64,000 nt of DNA. It comes from Alphaproteobacteria bacterium (lineage in GTDB: Bacteria; Pseudomonadota; Alphaproteobacteria; Rhodobacterales; Rhodobacteraceae). This document shows positions 10,501-19,493 of the stretch, piece by piece; position 1 is the stretch's first letter; every line of letters begins with the position of its first letter. The DNA lies in assembly GCA_016869875.1 (NCBI GenBank), contig VGDE01000001.1:7088-71087 (forward strand). The letters are read 5' to 3'. The notes below the pieces were generated by a model. The model was not told the origin of the DNA, searched no databases, and saw only the letters and a program-made list of their open reading frames with translations. The position numbers were made by a program, and so were the translations under genes.

Positions 10501-11127
10501 TCAGACGCCGCTGTCCAGCGCGAATTTCATCAGGCCGTTGATCCCGTCCACGCCCAGCTTCTTCTTCAGCAGGGAGGACGTGTTCGCGGCGGTCTTGTAG
10601 CTGACGCCCAACTGGTCCGCGATGGCCTGCAGCCCCTGCCCCTGACCGATCAGGGTCAGGACCTGCCGCTCGCGCTCCGACAGGGCTCCCAAGGGATCGT
10701 TGGCCGCCCCGACGCGCAGGGTGGCCAGCGCCATGGCCTGCTTGGGGGCCAGATAGAACTCGCCCGCCTCCAGCGTTCGCACCGCGTCGCGGAAATCGGA
10801 CGGGGGCGCGTTCTTGGACAAAAAGCCCTGCGCGCCGGCCTGAAGCGCGCGGGCGGCAAAGCCCGTCTGGTCGTTCATGGAAAAGATCAGGATGCGCGCC
10901 CGTGGCGCCGCCGCGCGCAGGGGGGCCACCAGATCCAGCCCGCTGCTGCCCGGCAGGCTGATGTCCAGCACGACCAGGTCAGGCGCGGGACCGGCGGCCA
11001 GCTGTTCCAGCGCCTCGCCCCCGGACATGGCCTGACCCACGGGATCATATCCCAGGTCCCGCAGCAGGCGGCTGGCGCCCAGGTGGGTGATGGGGTGGTC
11101 GTCGATGACCAGGGCCGTTTTCGTCAC
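10501..11127 (-). CDS. NarL/FixJ family response regulator (MxcE/MxaX-like)
   Basis: REC domain (DDHP, LDISLP) plus LuxR HTH with SYKTAAN...LKKKLG. Confidence 0.9.
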   Translation of the reverse strand: MTKTALVIDDHPITHLGASRLLRDLGYDPVGQAMSGGEALEQLAAGPAPDLVVLDISLPGSSGLDLVAPLRAAAPRARILIFSMNDQTGFAARALQAGAQGFLSKNAPPSDFRDAVRTLEAGEFYLAPKQAMALATLRVGAANDPLGALSERERQVLTLIGQGQGLQAIADQLGVSYKTAANTSSLLKKKLGVDGINGLMKFALDSGV

Positions 11128-12455
11128 GTCGTCGTCCTGTTCCTGTCCGGGGCCTGGCGGGGCAGCCGGGCCTGCAACCGCGTTCCGGTCTGGTCTGTCT
11201 CGATCCTCAGGTCGCCGCCCAGCAGGGTGATGCGTTCGCGCATCCCTGTCAGGCCGCTGCCCTCGCGCCCGTCCGGAGGCATGCCCTGGCCGTCATCGGA
11301 CAGGATCATGCGCCAATGCGCCGGATCGGTCCAGAGCCGGATCTGCACGCGCGCGGCGCCGGCGTGGCGCAAGGTGTTGGTGGTGCCTTCCTGCAGAATG
11401 CGGAACAGGGTCAGGGCGGTGGCCTCGTCGGGTTCGGGCAGGCCCGCTGCGACGTCCAGGTCAAAGCGGATTTCGGGAAAGCGGCGGTTCAGGTCGGCCA
11501 CGTAATCCGCCAGCACGGTGGCCAGCGGCAACTGGCCCACCGCGACCGGCCGCAGATCCTGCAGCAGGGCGCGGTTCACACGGGCGATCTGTTCGGCGAT
11601 GGCCGCGATCTGGTCGGCCGATTGGCGGGTCGCCGCGTCGGGGGCAGCCTCGCGCAGGGCATCCGCCTCGACCCGCAGGCCGAACAGGCAGGGACCCATC
11701 TCATCGTGCAGATCGCGGGCAATGGCCTTTCGCTCGGCATCGGCACGGGCGACGATCTGATGCTGCAGGCGCCACCGGTCGGCGCGCGCCTGTTCCAGCG
11801 TTTCCGCCAGCTGGTCCACGTGGCGGGCGACCGGTGCCAGATCCGGCTCGGCCAGCGGGCCGATGCGCGTTTCCAGTTCGCCCCGTGTCATGTCGGACAG
11901 GCGGGTGCCGATCGTCGCGACCGGGCGCAGCGCCTGGCCCACCGCCCATGCCACCAGTGCGGCCTGGGTAGCCGCCGTGGCCAGGGCAAGCGCCATCAGG
12001 TCGCGCATGTCGCGCCAGGCACGGGCGATTTCCTCGGCGGGATCACCCGTGACCAGGACATAGCCGCGCGGGCGCCCCTCGATGACCACCGGCAGCCGCG
12101 TTTCCTGCGGCTCGGGCGCCACAAGGGCGGCGAACCAGCGCGGGCTGGCCGAGGCGGGGTCGGGTGGGCCCGGCGGCTGGCGCAGCGTGCCGTCCAAGGC
12201 GTCCAGAACGCCGATGCGGGCGTGGCGCGGTTCGGTCAGCCGTTCCGGCAGGCGCGCCATGATGCGGTCGGCGGGCACCGCGCCCTGCATCGTGCCGATC
12301 GTGGCCAGCACCAGGTTGCGGGCGGTTTCGGCGCCCATCCGGGTTTCGGTCGCGATGTCGCGCCGCAGCCGCTCGAGGCTGCCGGCCGCCAGAACGCCGG
12401 TCAGCAGGAGTTGCGTGGCAAGGATCACCAGAAGAATGCGGCTGCGAAGCGTCAT
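11124..12455 (-). CDS. Sensor histidine kinase, HAMP plus HisKA_3 (MxcQ/MxaY-like)
   Basis: Two TM segments, ERKAIARDLHDEMG H-box, QEGTTN...H, DDGQG, GLTGMRER. Confidence 0.9.
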   Translation of the reverse strand: MTLRSRILLVILATQLLLTGVLAAGSLERLRRDIATETRMGAETARNLVLATIGTMQGAVPADRIMARLPERLTEPRHARIGVLDALDGTLRQPPGPPDPASASPRWFAALVAPEPQETRLPVVIEGRPRGYVLVTGDPAEEIARAWRDMRDLMALALATAATQAALVAWAVGQALRPVATIGTRLSDMTRGELETRIGPLAEPDLAPVARHVDQLAETLEQARADRWRLQHQIVARADAERKAIARDLHDEMGPCLFGLRVEADALREAAPDAATRQSADQIAAIAEQIARVNRALLQDLRPVAVGQLPLATVLADYVADLNRRFPEIRFDLDVAAGLPEPDEATALTLFRILQEGTTNTLRHAGAARVQIRLWTDPAHWRMILSDDGQGMPPDGREGSGLTGMRERITLLGGDLRIETDQTGTRLQARLPRQAPDRNRTTT

Positions 12456-12507
12456 GCGCGGCAGAGTGGCGTCAGCCGCGGCGCGGGGCAATGGGCGATG
12501 GCCGCGC

Positions 12508-12560
12508 GGGGTGCTGTTCCCGTCCTTTGGGCCGCCCGGGATATTTTCGCGCAAGGAAGG
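12508..12560 (+). repeat. Dispersed palindromic repeat, copy B
   Basis: GGGGTGCTGTTCCC-hairpin-CCCGGGATATTTTCGCGCAAGGAAG. Confidence 0.5.
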
Positions 12561-12603
12561 GCCTGGGCTTTTCTGTCGCCCGGTGCAGGCGTAGAACAGC
12601 GCG

Positions 12604-13056
12604 ATGAGCGATTATGACGATCTGGCGGCCCGCATCCGGGCCCTGTGCAAGGGCGAGACCGACGAGGTCGCGCTGATGGCCACCGTGGCCTGCGAGCTGC
12701 ATCATTCCGACGACCGGTTCGACTGGACCGGATTCTATCGCGTGATGGCGCCCGACCTGCTGAAGATAGGTCCCTATCAGGGCGGGCACGGCTGCCTGGT
12801 GATCCCCTTTTCGCGCGGGGTCTGCGGAACGGCGGCGCGCACGCGCGAGGTGCAGATCGTTCCGGATGTCGAGGCCTTTCCCGGCCATATCGCCTGCTCC
12901 AGCAGCACCCGCTCGGAAATCGTGCTGCCGGTGCTGGGAAAGGGGGGGCGGCTGATCGGGGTGCTGGACATCGACAGCGACCGGCCCGATGCCTTCGGGC
13001 CCGGGGATGCAACGGCCTTGCAGGCCATTCTGGAGGAGGTGTTCGGTGAATCGTGA
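12604..13056 (+). CDS. msrC: GAF-domain free methionine-R-sulfoxide reductase-like protein
   Basis: WTGFY, GPYQG..GC..I...GVCG, FPGHIAC, SEIVLP, VLDIDS. Confidence 0.85.
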   Translation: MSDYDDLAARIRALCKGETDEVALMATVACELHHSDDRFDWTGFYRVMAPDLLKIGPYQGGHGCLVIPFSRGVCGTAARTREVQIVPDVEAFPGHIACSSSTRSEIVLPVLGKGGRLIGVLDIDSDRPDAFGPGDATALQAILEEVFGES

Positions 13057-13435
13057 CGTGACGGGTCGCTGCCTCTGCGGGGCAGTGACGTTTCGGGCCC
13101 GCAGCGCAGAGGACGGAGTGCGGGCCTGCCATTGCGGCCAGTGCCGCCGCTGGTCGGGCCATGTCTGGGCCGCCGTCGGTGCCCGGGACCTGACGGTCGA
13201 GGGGCCGCTGCGCTGGTACCGCTCTTCCGACAAGGCCGAACGGGGGTTTTGCACGGAATGCGGCGGGGCGCTGTTGTGGCGCGAAACGGGCGGGGACGAG
13301 GTGGACATCGCCGCGGGCGCCTTGGACCAGCCGACCGGGCTGACGCTGCAGGGGCATATCTGGGTGGCGGACAAGGGGGATTATTACCCCATTGCCGACG
13401 GGTTGCCGCAATGGCCGCAGGGGGCCGACACGTGA
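13046..13435 (+). CDS. GFA (CENP-V) family Zn-binding protein
   Basis: GRCLCGAV, CHCGQCRR, RGFCTECG. Confidence 0.9.
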   Translation: MNRDVTGRCLCGAVTFRARSAEDGVRACHCGQCRRWSGHVWAAVGARDLTVEGPLRWYRSSDKAERGFCTECGGALLWRETGGDEVDIAAGALDQPTGLTLQGHIWVADKGDYYPIADGLPQWPQGADT

Positions 13436-14058
13436 TCTGGGACACGCTGGCCGCCATTCCGGCCAGCCAGCTGATCGCCTTTGTCGCAGGCGGGCTGGTG
13501 CTGAACTTTGCGCCGGGTCAGGACGTGTTCTTCGCCAGCGCCTGCGGCATCCAGGGCGGGCCGCGCGCCGGGGCCTGGGCGGGCCTTGGCGTGGGGCTGG
13601 GCGTGCTGATGCACGTGACCCTGGCGACGGTCGGTCTGGGCGCCCTTGTGGCGGCCCATCCCGAAGCGCTGCGCGCGATCAAGTATGCGGGCGCGGCCTA
13701 TCTGCTGTGGCTGGCCTGGAAAAGCTGGCGGTCGGGGGATGTGGACCCGACTGCGCGGGGCAGCGTGCGGGTCTGGAACATCATCCGGCGGGGGTTCCTG
13801 TCGAATGCGCTGAACCCCAAGCCGGTGCTGTTCCTGCTGGCCTTTCTGCCGCAGTTCACCAATGCCGCCTGGGGGCCGGTCTGGCAGCAGATCCTGGGGC
13901 TGGGGCTGATCTTTGCCTTTACGGGCACGCTGGTGACCATGGGCTACGGCATCGTCGGCGGCGTGGCGGGCCATGTGATTGGCAAGCGGCTGGGGCTGGT
14001 CAACAAGATCGCCGCCGTCATGTTCGCCGCGCTGGCCGTGCGGCTTGTGGCGAAATGA
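13432..14058 (+). CDS. LysE/RhtB family translocator
   Basis: APGQD, GAAYLLWLAW, GFLSNALNPK. Confidence 0.9.
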   Translation: MIWDTLAAIPASQLIAFVAGGLVLNFAPGQDVFFASACGIQGGPRAGAWAGLGVGLGVLMHVTLATVGLGALVAAHPEALRAIKYAGAAYLLWLAWKSWRSGDVDPTARGSVRVWNIIRRGFLSNALNPKPVLFLLAFLPQFTNAAWGPVWQQILGLGLIFAFTGTLVTMGYGIVGGVAGHVIGKRLGLVNKIAAVMFAALAVRLVAK

Positions 14059-14705
14059 GCGGCTTTGTCTACGCTCCCCCGTCCGGCGCGCCCGTCGTGA
14101 TCCACGTCGATCACGAGGTTCTGGTGGTGGACAAGCCTTCGGGCCTCTTGTCGGTGCCGGGTCGGGGCGATGACCGGGCCGATTGCCTGATCGCGCGGCT
14201 GCGAGGCGCCTTTCCGACCGTGCTGCTGGTGCATCGGCTGGACCTGGACACGTCGGGTGTCATGGTCTTTGCCCTGACGCCCCATGCGCAACGCCACCTG
14301 TCCAGGCAGTTCGAAGAGCGTCAGACCAAAAAGGTGTATGTGGCCCGGCTGGCAGGGCGGCTGGAGCCCAGGACGGGGCGCGTCGACCTGCCGCTGATCG
14401 TGGACTGGCCCAACCGCCCGCGCCAGAAGGTCGATCACGCCGAGGGCAGGCCCGCCCAGACCGACTGGCGGGTGATGCGGGCCAGTGAGGACGAAACCCG
14501 CGTGCGGCTGATGCCGGTGACGGGTCGCAGCCATCAGCTGCGCGTCCACATGGCGGAACTGGGTCACCCGATCCTGGGCGATCCGCTGTATGCGACGGGA
14601 TCTGCCGCAGAACACCCGCGTTTGATGCTGCATGCCGAAAGCCTGCGCTTTCGCCATCCGGACAGCGGTGTGCAGCAGGGTTTTTCGGCGCCCGTGCCGT
14701 TCTAG
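14055..14705 (+). CDS. RluA family pseudouridine synthase
   Basis: VDKPSGLLS, VHRLDLDTSG, TGRSHQLRVH, ILGDPLY. Confidence 0.93.
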   Translation: MSGFVYAPPSGAPVVIHVDHEVLVVDKPSGLLSVPGRGDDRADCLIARLRGAFPTVLLVHRLDLDTSGVMVFALTPHAQRHLSRQFEERQTKKVYVARLAGRLEPRTGRVDLPLIVDWPNRPRQKVDHAEGRPAQTDWRVMRASEDETRVRLMPVTGRSHQLRVHMAELGHPILGDPLYATGSAAEHPRLMLHAESLRFRHPDSGVQQGFSAPVPF

Positions 14706-15400
14706 GCGTTCGTTGCCCGCAGGCGCCGGGCGATCCATCGCGCAATCCAGGGAAAGATCGCCAAGACCGCGACGATGGCGATCACCCGCGGTCCCACGAT
14801 GTCCGAGATCTGGTCGATCTCGGCCAGTTGCGTGCCCGCCGCGGTCAGGATGACCTTGTTCGGCATCACTCCAAGCGCCGTGACCAGCAAAAAGGGTCGC
14901 ACCGGAAGGATGCTGAGCCCGGACAGCAGGTTCAGGACAAAGAAGGGCAATCCCGGCGCCAGCCGCAGGCTGAACAGCGCCAGCGCGCCATCGCGGGCGA
15001 CCATCTCGTCCAGTTGCCGCACGCGAGTGCCCAAGGCCCGCCGCAGCCGGCGGGTCAGCAGATGGCGCGCCGCCAGAAACGTCAGCATGGCCGCCGCAAG
15101 CGTTCCCGCCAGCGACAGCGCGATCCCCAACCAGAAGCCGAAAAAGGCGCCCCCGGCCAAGGTCAGGCCCACGACGATGGGCAGGGGCAGTGCGGCGCAG
15201 AACGCAAAGACCGTGAAAAAGGCCAGGACCGCAAGCCCGGAATTGTCTGTGCGCCACCCTTTTCCCCGCTCGATCACGTCATGCAGCAGCCCCAGGTCCG
15301 ATTGCAGTGCGGGCAGCGAAGGCCAGAGCCACAGCGCCATCCCGGCGACGGCCAGCGCCGCCAGGGTCAGCCCGGCCCTTCGCGGCAGGCGCAGGGCCAT
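14702..15400 (-). CDS. TVP38/TMEM64 (VTT/DedA) family membrane protein
   Basis: LTLAGGAFFG, LRLAPGLPFFVLN. Confidence 0.85.
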   Translation of the reverse strand: MALRLPRRAGLTLAALAVAGMALWLWPSLPALQSDLGLLHDVIERGKGWRTDNSGLAVLAFFTVFAFCAALPLPIVVGLTLAGGAFFGFWLGIALSLAGTLAAAMLTFLAARHLLTRRLRRALGTRVRQLDEMVARDGALALFSLRLAPGLPFFVLNLLSGLSILPVRPFLLVTALGVMPNKVILTAAGTQLAEIDQISDIVGPRVIAIVAVLAIFPWIARWIARRLRATNA

Positions 15401-15409
15401 GGCTTGCGC

Positions 15410-16177
15410 TCAGCTTTCGCCGTCGGGATACCAGTCGGCCACGACCACCTCGGTCCCCGACCCCCCCTCGGTCACCAGGCGGGCAAACTCGTCCAGGTCG
15501 CTGCCCTTGTGATGATACGGATAGACCACGTCGGGCACAAAGGCCGCCACGGCCTCGGCCGCCTGCTCGACCGTCATCGTATAGGGCAGGTTCATCGGCA
15601 GGAAGGCGACGTGGATGTCCTCCAGCGCCCGCAGCTCGGGCGTGTCCTCGGTATCGCCCGCGATCAGGAACCGCTGGCCGCCGATGGTCAGGACATAGCC
15701 GTTGCCCTGACCCTGCGGATGGTACTGGAGGCGGTCTTCGGTGATGTTGTAGGCGGGGATCGCCTCGATCGGCAGGCCCAGCGCCTCGTGGCTGTCGCCA
15801 TTGGCCATCACGGTGCTGCGCCCCTGCATTTCCTGGGGCAGCAGGTCGTGGACCGCCTGGTTCGCGACGATCGGCACCTCCGGCAGGCTGTCCAGCGTGG
15901 GCTGGTCGAAATGGTCGCCATGCTCGTGGGTGAAGAGGATCAGGTCGGGGGCCGGCAGGTCGGCATAAGCCTCGGCTCCGCCCACCGGATCCACCGCGAT
16001 CACGCCGGCGGGCATTTCCAGAACCATGCTGGCATGGCTGACGGGATGGATGACCACCTCTCCGCCCTCGACGGCGTGGCGGTGGCCGGTTTCCTGGGCT
16101 TGGGCAAGCGCGGGGATCATGGCGCTGCCCATCAGGGCCGTGGCCAGCTGCAGTCCGGTGCGGCGCGTCAGGCGCAT
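15410..16177 (-). CDS. MBL-fold metallo-hydrolase with Tat signal peptide
   Basis: MRLTRRTGL signal; THEHGDH, GDTED, VYPYHH. Confidence 0.88.
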   Translation of the reverse strand: MRLTRRTGLQLATALMGSAMIPALAQAQETGHRHAVEGGEVVIHPVSHASMVLEMPAGVIAVDPVGGAEAYADLPAPDLILFTHEHGDHFDQPTLDSLPEVPIVANQAVHDLLPQEMQGRSTVMANGDSHEALGLPIEAIPAYNITEDRLQYHPQGQGNGYVLTIGGQRFLIAGDTEDTPELRALEDIHVAFLPMNLPYTMTVEQAAEAVAAFVPDVVYPYHHKGSDLDEFARLVTEGGSGTEVVVADWYPDGES

Positions 16178-16214
16178 GGGATCTCCTTGTGTTGCGAGAT
16201 GAATGGTAACGGGG

Positions 16215-16240
16215 AACACGTGATGGCGCGTGCCGGTTCC
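16215..16240 (-). promoter_or_regulatory. Candidate EcfG promoter for the MBL hydrolase-TVP38 unit
   Basis: GGAAC-N17-TGTT on the minus strand. Confidence 0.55.
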
Positions 16241-16301
16241 CTGTATTGCAGGCGACCGGTGCGCGACCTAACCTGCGGCAACGGCAAGGCGGGGAAACGG
16301 G

Positions 16302-17357
16302 ATGACGCATCTGTGGGTCAGGGCGGAAAGCCGGCCGAACGAGGATCGCGTGGGGATCATGCCCGAGGGCGTGGCCCGGCTGATCGCCCGTGGCATGACC
16401 GTGACGGTCGAGGACAGTTCCCGCCGGATCATCCCCACCGCGGAATATGGCAGGGCCGGCGCCGCCATCGCGCCCGAAGGCAGCTGGCCCACAGCACCTG
16501 ACGACGCGATCATCTTTGGCCTGAAGGAACTGCCCGAGGACGACACGCCCCTGCGCCACCGCCACATCATGTTCGGCCATGCCTTCAAGGGCCAGGCCAC
16601 CGGGCGGGACCTGCTGAAGCGGTTCAAGGCGGGCGGCGGGACTTTGTATGACCTGGAATATCTGACGGATGACGATGGGCGCCGGCTGGCGGCCTTTGGT
16701 TACTGGGCAGGTTTCGCCGGGGCGGCGGTGTCGCTGGACTGCTGGGTGGCCCAGCAGGCGGGCGGCATCTGCGGGCCGGTGCATGCCTGGCCCGACCAGC
16801 AGCAGCTGCTGGACGACCTGCGGGCGCGGATGGATGCGACCGGCCGCCCGCGCCCGCGCGCCATCGTGATCGGCGCCAAGGGCCGCGTCGGCCGCGGCGC
16901 CGCGGATCTCCTGTCCCGGATGGGCGTCGGCGTGACGCAGTGGGACATGGACGAAACCGCGCATGGCGGTCCTTTCCCCGAGGTGCTGATGCACGACATC
17001 TTCATCAACGCGATCCTGGCGCAGCCCGGCGCGCCGGTGTTCGTCCCGGCGGATGCAACGGGTCCGCACCGGACGCTGACCGTCATCGGCGACGTGGCCT
17101 GCGACCCGACCAGCGAATTCTCCCCCATCAAGGTTTATGATCGCAGCACGACCTGGGACGCACCGGCGCTGCGCGTGGCACATGCCCCGCCCCTGGACGT
17201 GATGGCGATCGACAACCTTCCCTCGATGCTGCCGCGCGAAAGTTCGCAGGATTATGCGGCCCAGCTGCTGCCCGTGCTGGAGGAGCTGGACCGGATTGCC
17301 GAAGGCGCGTGGGGTCGCGCCGCGCGGCTTTACCGCGATCATGCGGCGGATCTCTGA
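16302..17357 (+). CDS. Saccharopine dehydrogenase (NAD+, L-lysine-forming; Lys1-type)
   Basis: LWVRAE, GLKELP, HIMFGHAFKGQ, LYDLEYL, GAKGRVG, IDNLPSMLPRESS. Confidence 0.92.
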   Translation: MTHLWVRAESRPNEDRVGIMPEGVARLIARGMTVTVEDSSRRIIPTAEYGRAGAAIAPEGSWPTAPDDAIIFGLKELPEDDTPLRHRHIMFGHAFKGQATGRDLLKRFKAGGGTLYDLEYLTDDDGRRLAAFGYWAGFAGAAVSLDCWVAQQAGGICGPVHAWPDQQQLLDDLRARMDATGRPRPRAIVIGAKGRVGRGAADLLSRMGVGVTQWDMDETAHGGPFPEVLMHDIFINAILAQPGAPVFVPADATGPHRTLTVIGDVACDPTSEFSPIKVYDRSTTWDAPALRVAHAPPLDVMAIDNLPSMLPRESSQDYAAQLLPVLEELDRIAEGAWGRAARLYRDHAADL

Positions 17358-17839
17358 CGCAGAAATCGCCCTGACCCGCACCGGCAGTGTCCCGGGTCCT
17401 GCCCGGGCCGCGCATCGCAACATGTGCACGGCCCGCGCAAGGGGCGATGGAACGCGGGGACCCGGGCCAACCGTCCCGAAGCGCAGGAGGCGACGTGGAC
17501 GTGGCGGGATGCCCTTGTCCCGATGCGGCCGGCCTGTCAGCGGTGCCGCGGGCGCAGCTGACCTTTGGCAAGGGCTTGCACTTTGCCGGCACCGGCATGT
17601 CCCATCGCAGAAGGCTGCGCCAAGCCTTCCCGCAAGGGCGGCGGTGGTGGGGCCGCATCGTCCATCTTGGTTTCCGCGAAGGCATGAAGGAGGGCCGCGC
17701 GACTGCCGCATGCAGGCTTGGCCTTGCAGCCGGAGCAGGCGCGGGACGGGGCGTGACCAGGCCCCCTGGTTGCACAGCACGTGGATCACGCGGGCCATTG
17801 GTTCCGGCCGGTCCTGACATCATCGTGACCCCCCGTCGC

Positions 17840-17864
17840 GGAACACCGCAAGGGGTGGGACATT
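17840..17864 (+). promoter_or_regulatory. Candidate EcfG promoter for the PQQ sugar dehydrogenase
   Basis: GGAAC-N16-CATT. Confidence 0.55.
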
Positions 17865-17897
17865 GGGTGTGCAGATTTCATTCCCCATTGGAGGACC

Positions 17898-19130
17898 ATG
17901 ACCATGCGCTCCCTGCGCCGCTCGACGACAAGTCTGACTGCCCTTGCCGCCACCGGTTTCCTGGCCACCATGGCCGCGGCGCAGGACTTCAACGATGCCC
18001 CGCCGCATGGGGCGGCCTATGACCAGACACCGGCCTTTGACAACCAGACCCGCGCACCCGTCATCGGGAACGACGACACGCCGCTGACCCGGACGGTGGT
18101 GGCCGAGGGGCTGGAACACCCTTGGGGCCTTGTTCAGTTGCCGGATGACAGCTGGCTGGTGACCGAGCGTCCGGGCCGCATGCGCATCGTTTCGCCTGAG
18201 GGCGAGTTGTCCGACCCGATCGAGGGCCTGCCCGAGGTCGATGCCCGCGACCAGGGTGGACTGCACGACGTTTCGATCGCTGACGATTTCGCCGAAACGC
18301 GCCGCGTCTGGTGGACCTATGCCGAGCCGCGGGGCGAGGGCGAGAACGGGACCGCCGTCGCCACCGGACTCCTGTCCGAGGATGGCACCAGGCTGGAGGA
18401 TGTCCAGCGCATCTGGCAGCAGCAGCCGGCCTGGGCCTCGACCAAGCATTTCGGCGCCCGCATCGTCCATGACGGAGAGGGCCACATCTTCGTGGGCCTG
18501 GGTGAACGCTCGGATCCCGAGCCGCGGGAATATGCGCAGGACCCCCAATCGACCCTGGGCAAGATCATCCGCATCGATGCGGAGGACGGGACCCCTGCCG
18601 GTGCCGAGATCGAGGGTGCCTTGCCCGAGATCTGGTCGATGGGGCACCGCAACATCCAGGGCGCCGCGATGGGCCCCGACGGGCAGTTGTGGATGAACGA
18701 GCATGGCCCCAAGGGCGGGGACGAATTGAACCTGATCGAGGCGGGCGTGAACTATGGCTGGCCCGAGGTCACCTATGGCGTCGAATACAATGGCAACGAA
18801 CTGGGCGTGACCGAAAAGGAGGGCACCCGGCAGCCGGCCTATTACTGGGACCCCTCGCCCGCGATCAGCGGCATGGCGTTCTATGACGGCGAGATGTTCC
18901 CCGACTGGCAGGGTCACGCCCTGATCGGCGGCCTGCGGTCAGAGGATGTGATCCGCCTGAGCATCGAGGGTGGCGAAGTGACCGGTGAGGCGCGGCACCT
19001 GCGCGGCATCGGCCGCGTGCGCGAAGTGGAGGTCGCCAGCGATGGCGCGCTGATGGTGATCACCGACCACGAGAACGGCCAGCTGATCCGGATCACGCCG
19101 GAGGGTGCGGAAGACGAAGCCGACGCCTGA
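17898..19130 (+). CDS. PQQ-dependent soluble sugar dehydrogenase (YliI/Asd family)
   Basis: Signal peptide; GLEHPW, QGGLHD, HFGARI, GHRNIQG, EHGPKGGDE, NYGWP. Confidence 0.92.
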   Translation: MTMRSLRRSTTSLTALAATGFLATMAAAQDFNDAPPHGAAYDQTPAFDNQTRAPVIGNDDTPLTRTVVAEGLEHPWGLVQLPDDSWLVTERPGRMRIVSPEGELSDPIEGLPEVDARDQGGLHDVSIADDFAETRRVWWTYAEPRGEGENGTAVATGLLSEDGTRLEDVQRIWQQQPAWASTKHFGARIVHDGEGHIFVGLGERSDPEPREYAQDPQSTLGKIIRIDAEDGTPAGAEIEGALPEIWSMGHRNIQGAAMGPDGQLWMNEHGPKGGDELNLIEAGVNYGWPEVTYGVEYNGNELGVTEKEGTRQPAYYWDPSPAISGMAFYDGEMFPDWQGHALIGGLRSEDVIRLSIEGGEVTGEARHLRGIGRVREVEVASDGALMVITDHENGQLIRITPEGAEDEADA

Positions 19131-19149
19131 GGCGCGTCAAGGATCCTCA

Positions 19150-19175
19150 AGGGCGGCCTGCGGGCCGCCCCTTTC
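19150..19175 (+). terminator. Intrinsic terminator-like hairpin
   Basis: GGGCGGCC-TGCG-GGCCGCCC followed by CTTTC. Confidence 0.55.
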
Positions 19176-19493
19176 CTGAGGGCACCGAATGCCTGAAACC
19201 CTGTCCCTGCCCGGTGAGGTGGAGCTTGGTCCCTTGTCGGGCGGTGTGCGCTGGGACGGACCGCCAAGGCGCCTTTTCAGGCGCTTCACGTTCGGCCTGT
19301 TCACGGCCCGTGAATGGGACATCGGGTTTCCGCGTTCCCTACCCGGACCAGACATCGGGACATGGCCGCCAGGGTGATGCCGCGGCACCGACAGGGGGCG
19401 CACCGACACGGACGCTTCTGACATCTGGCCAGCCGCATGTGTCGTGGGCCAGACGCCCTGTGCCTTGGCAGACGGACCAAAGAGACTGGTGCC

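Noticed and set aside
17387-18022. 211-aa ORF as a real gene
   Set aside because: It overlaps the PQQ dehydrogenase gene and its promoter, and has no RBS or recognisable motif.
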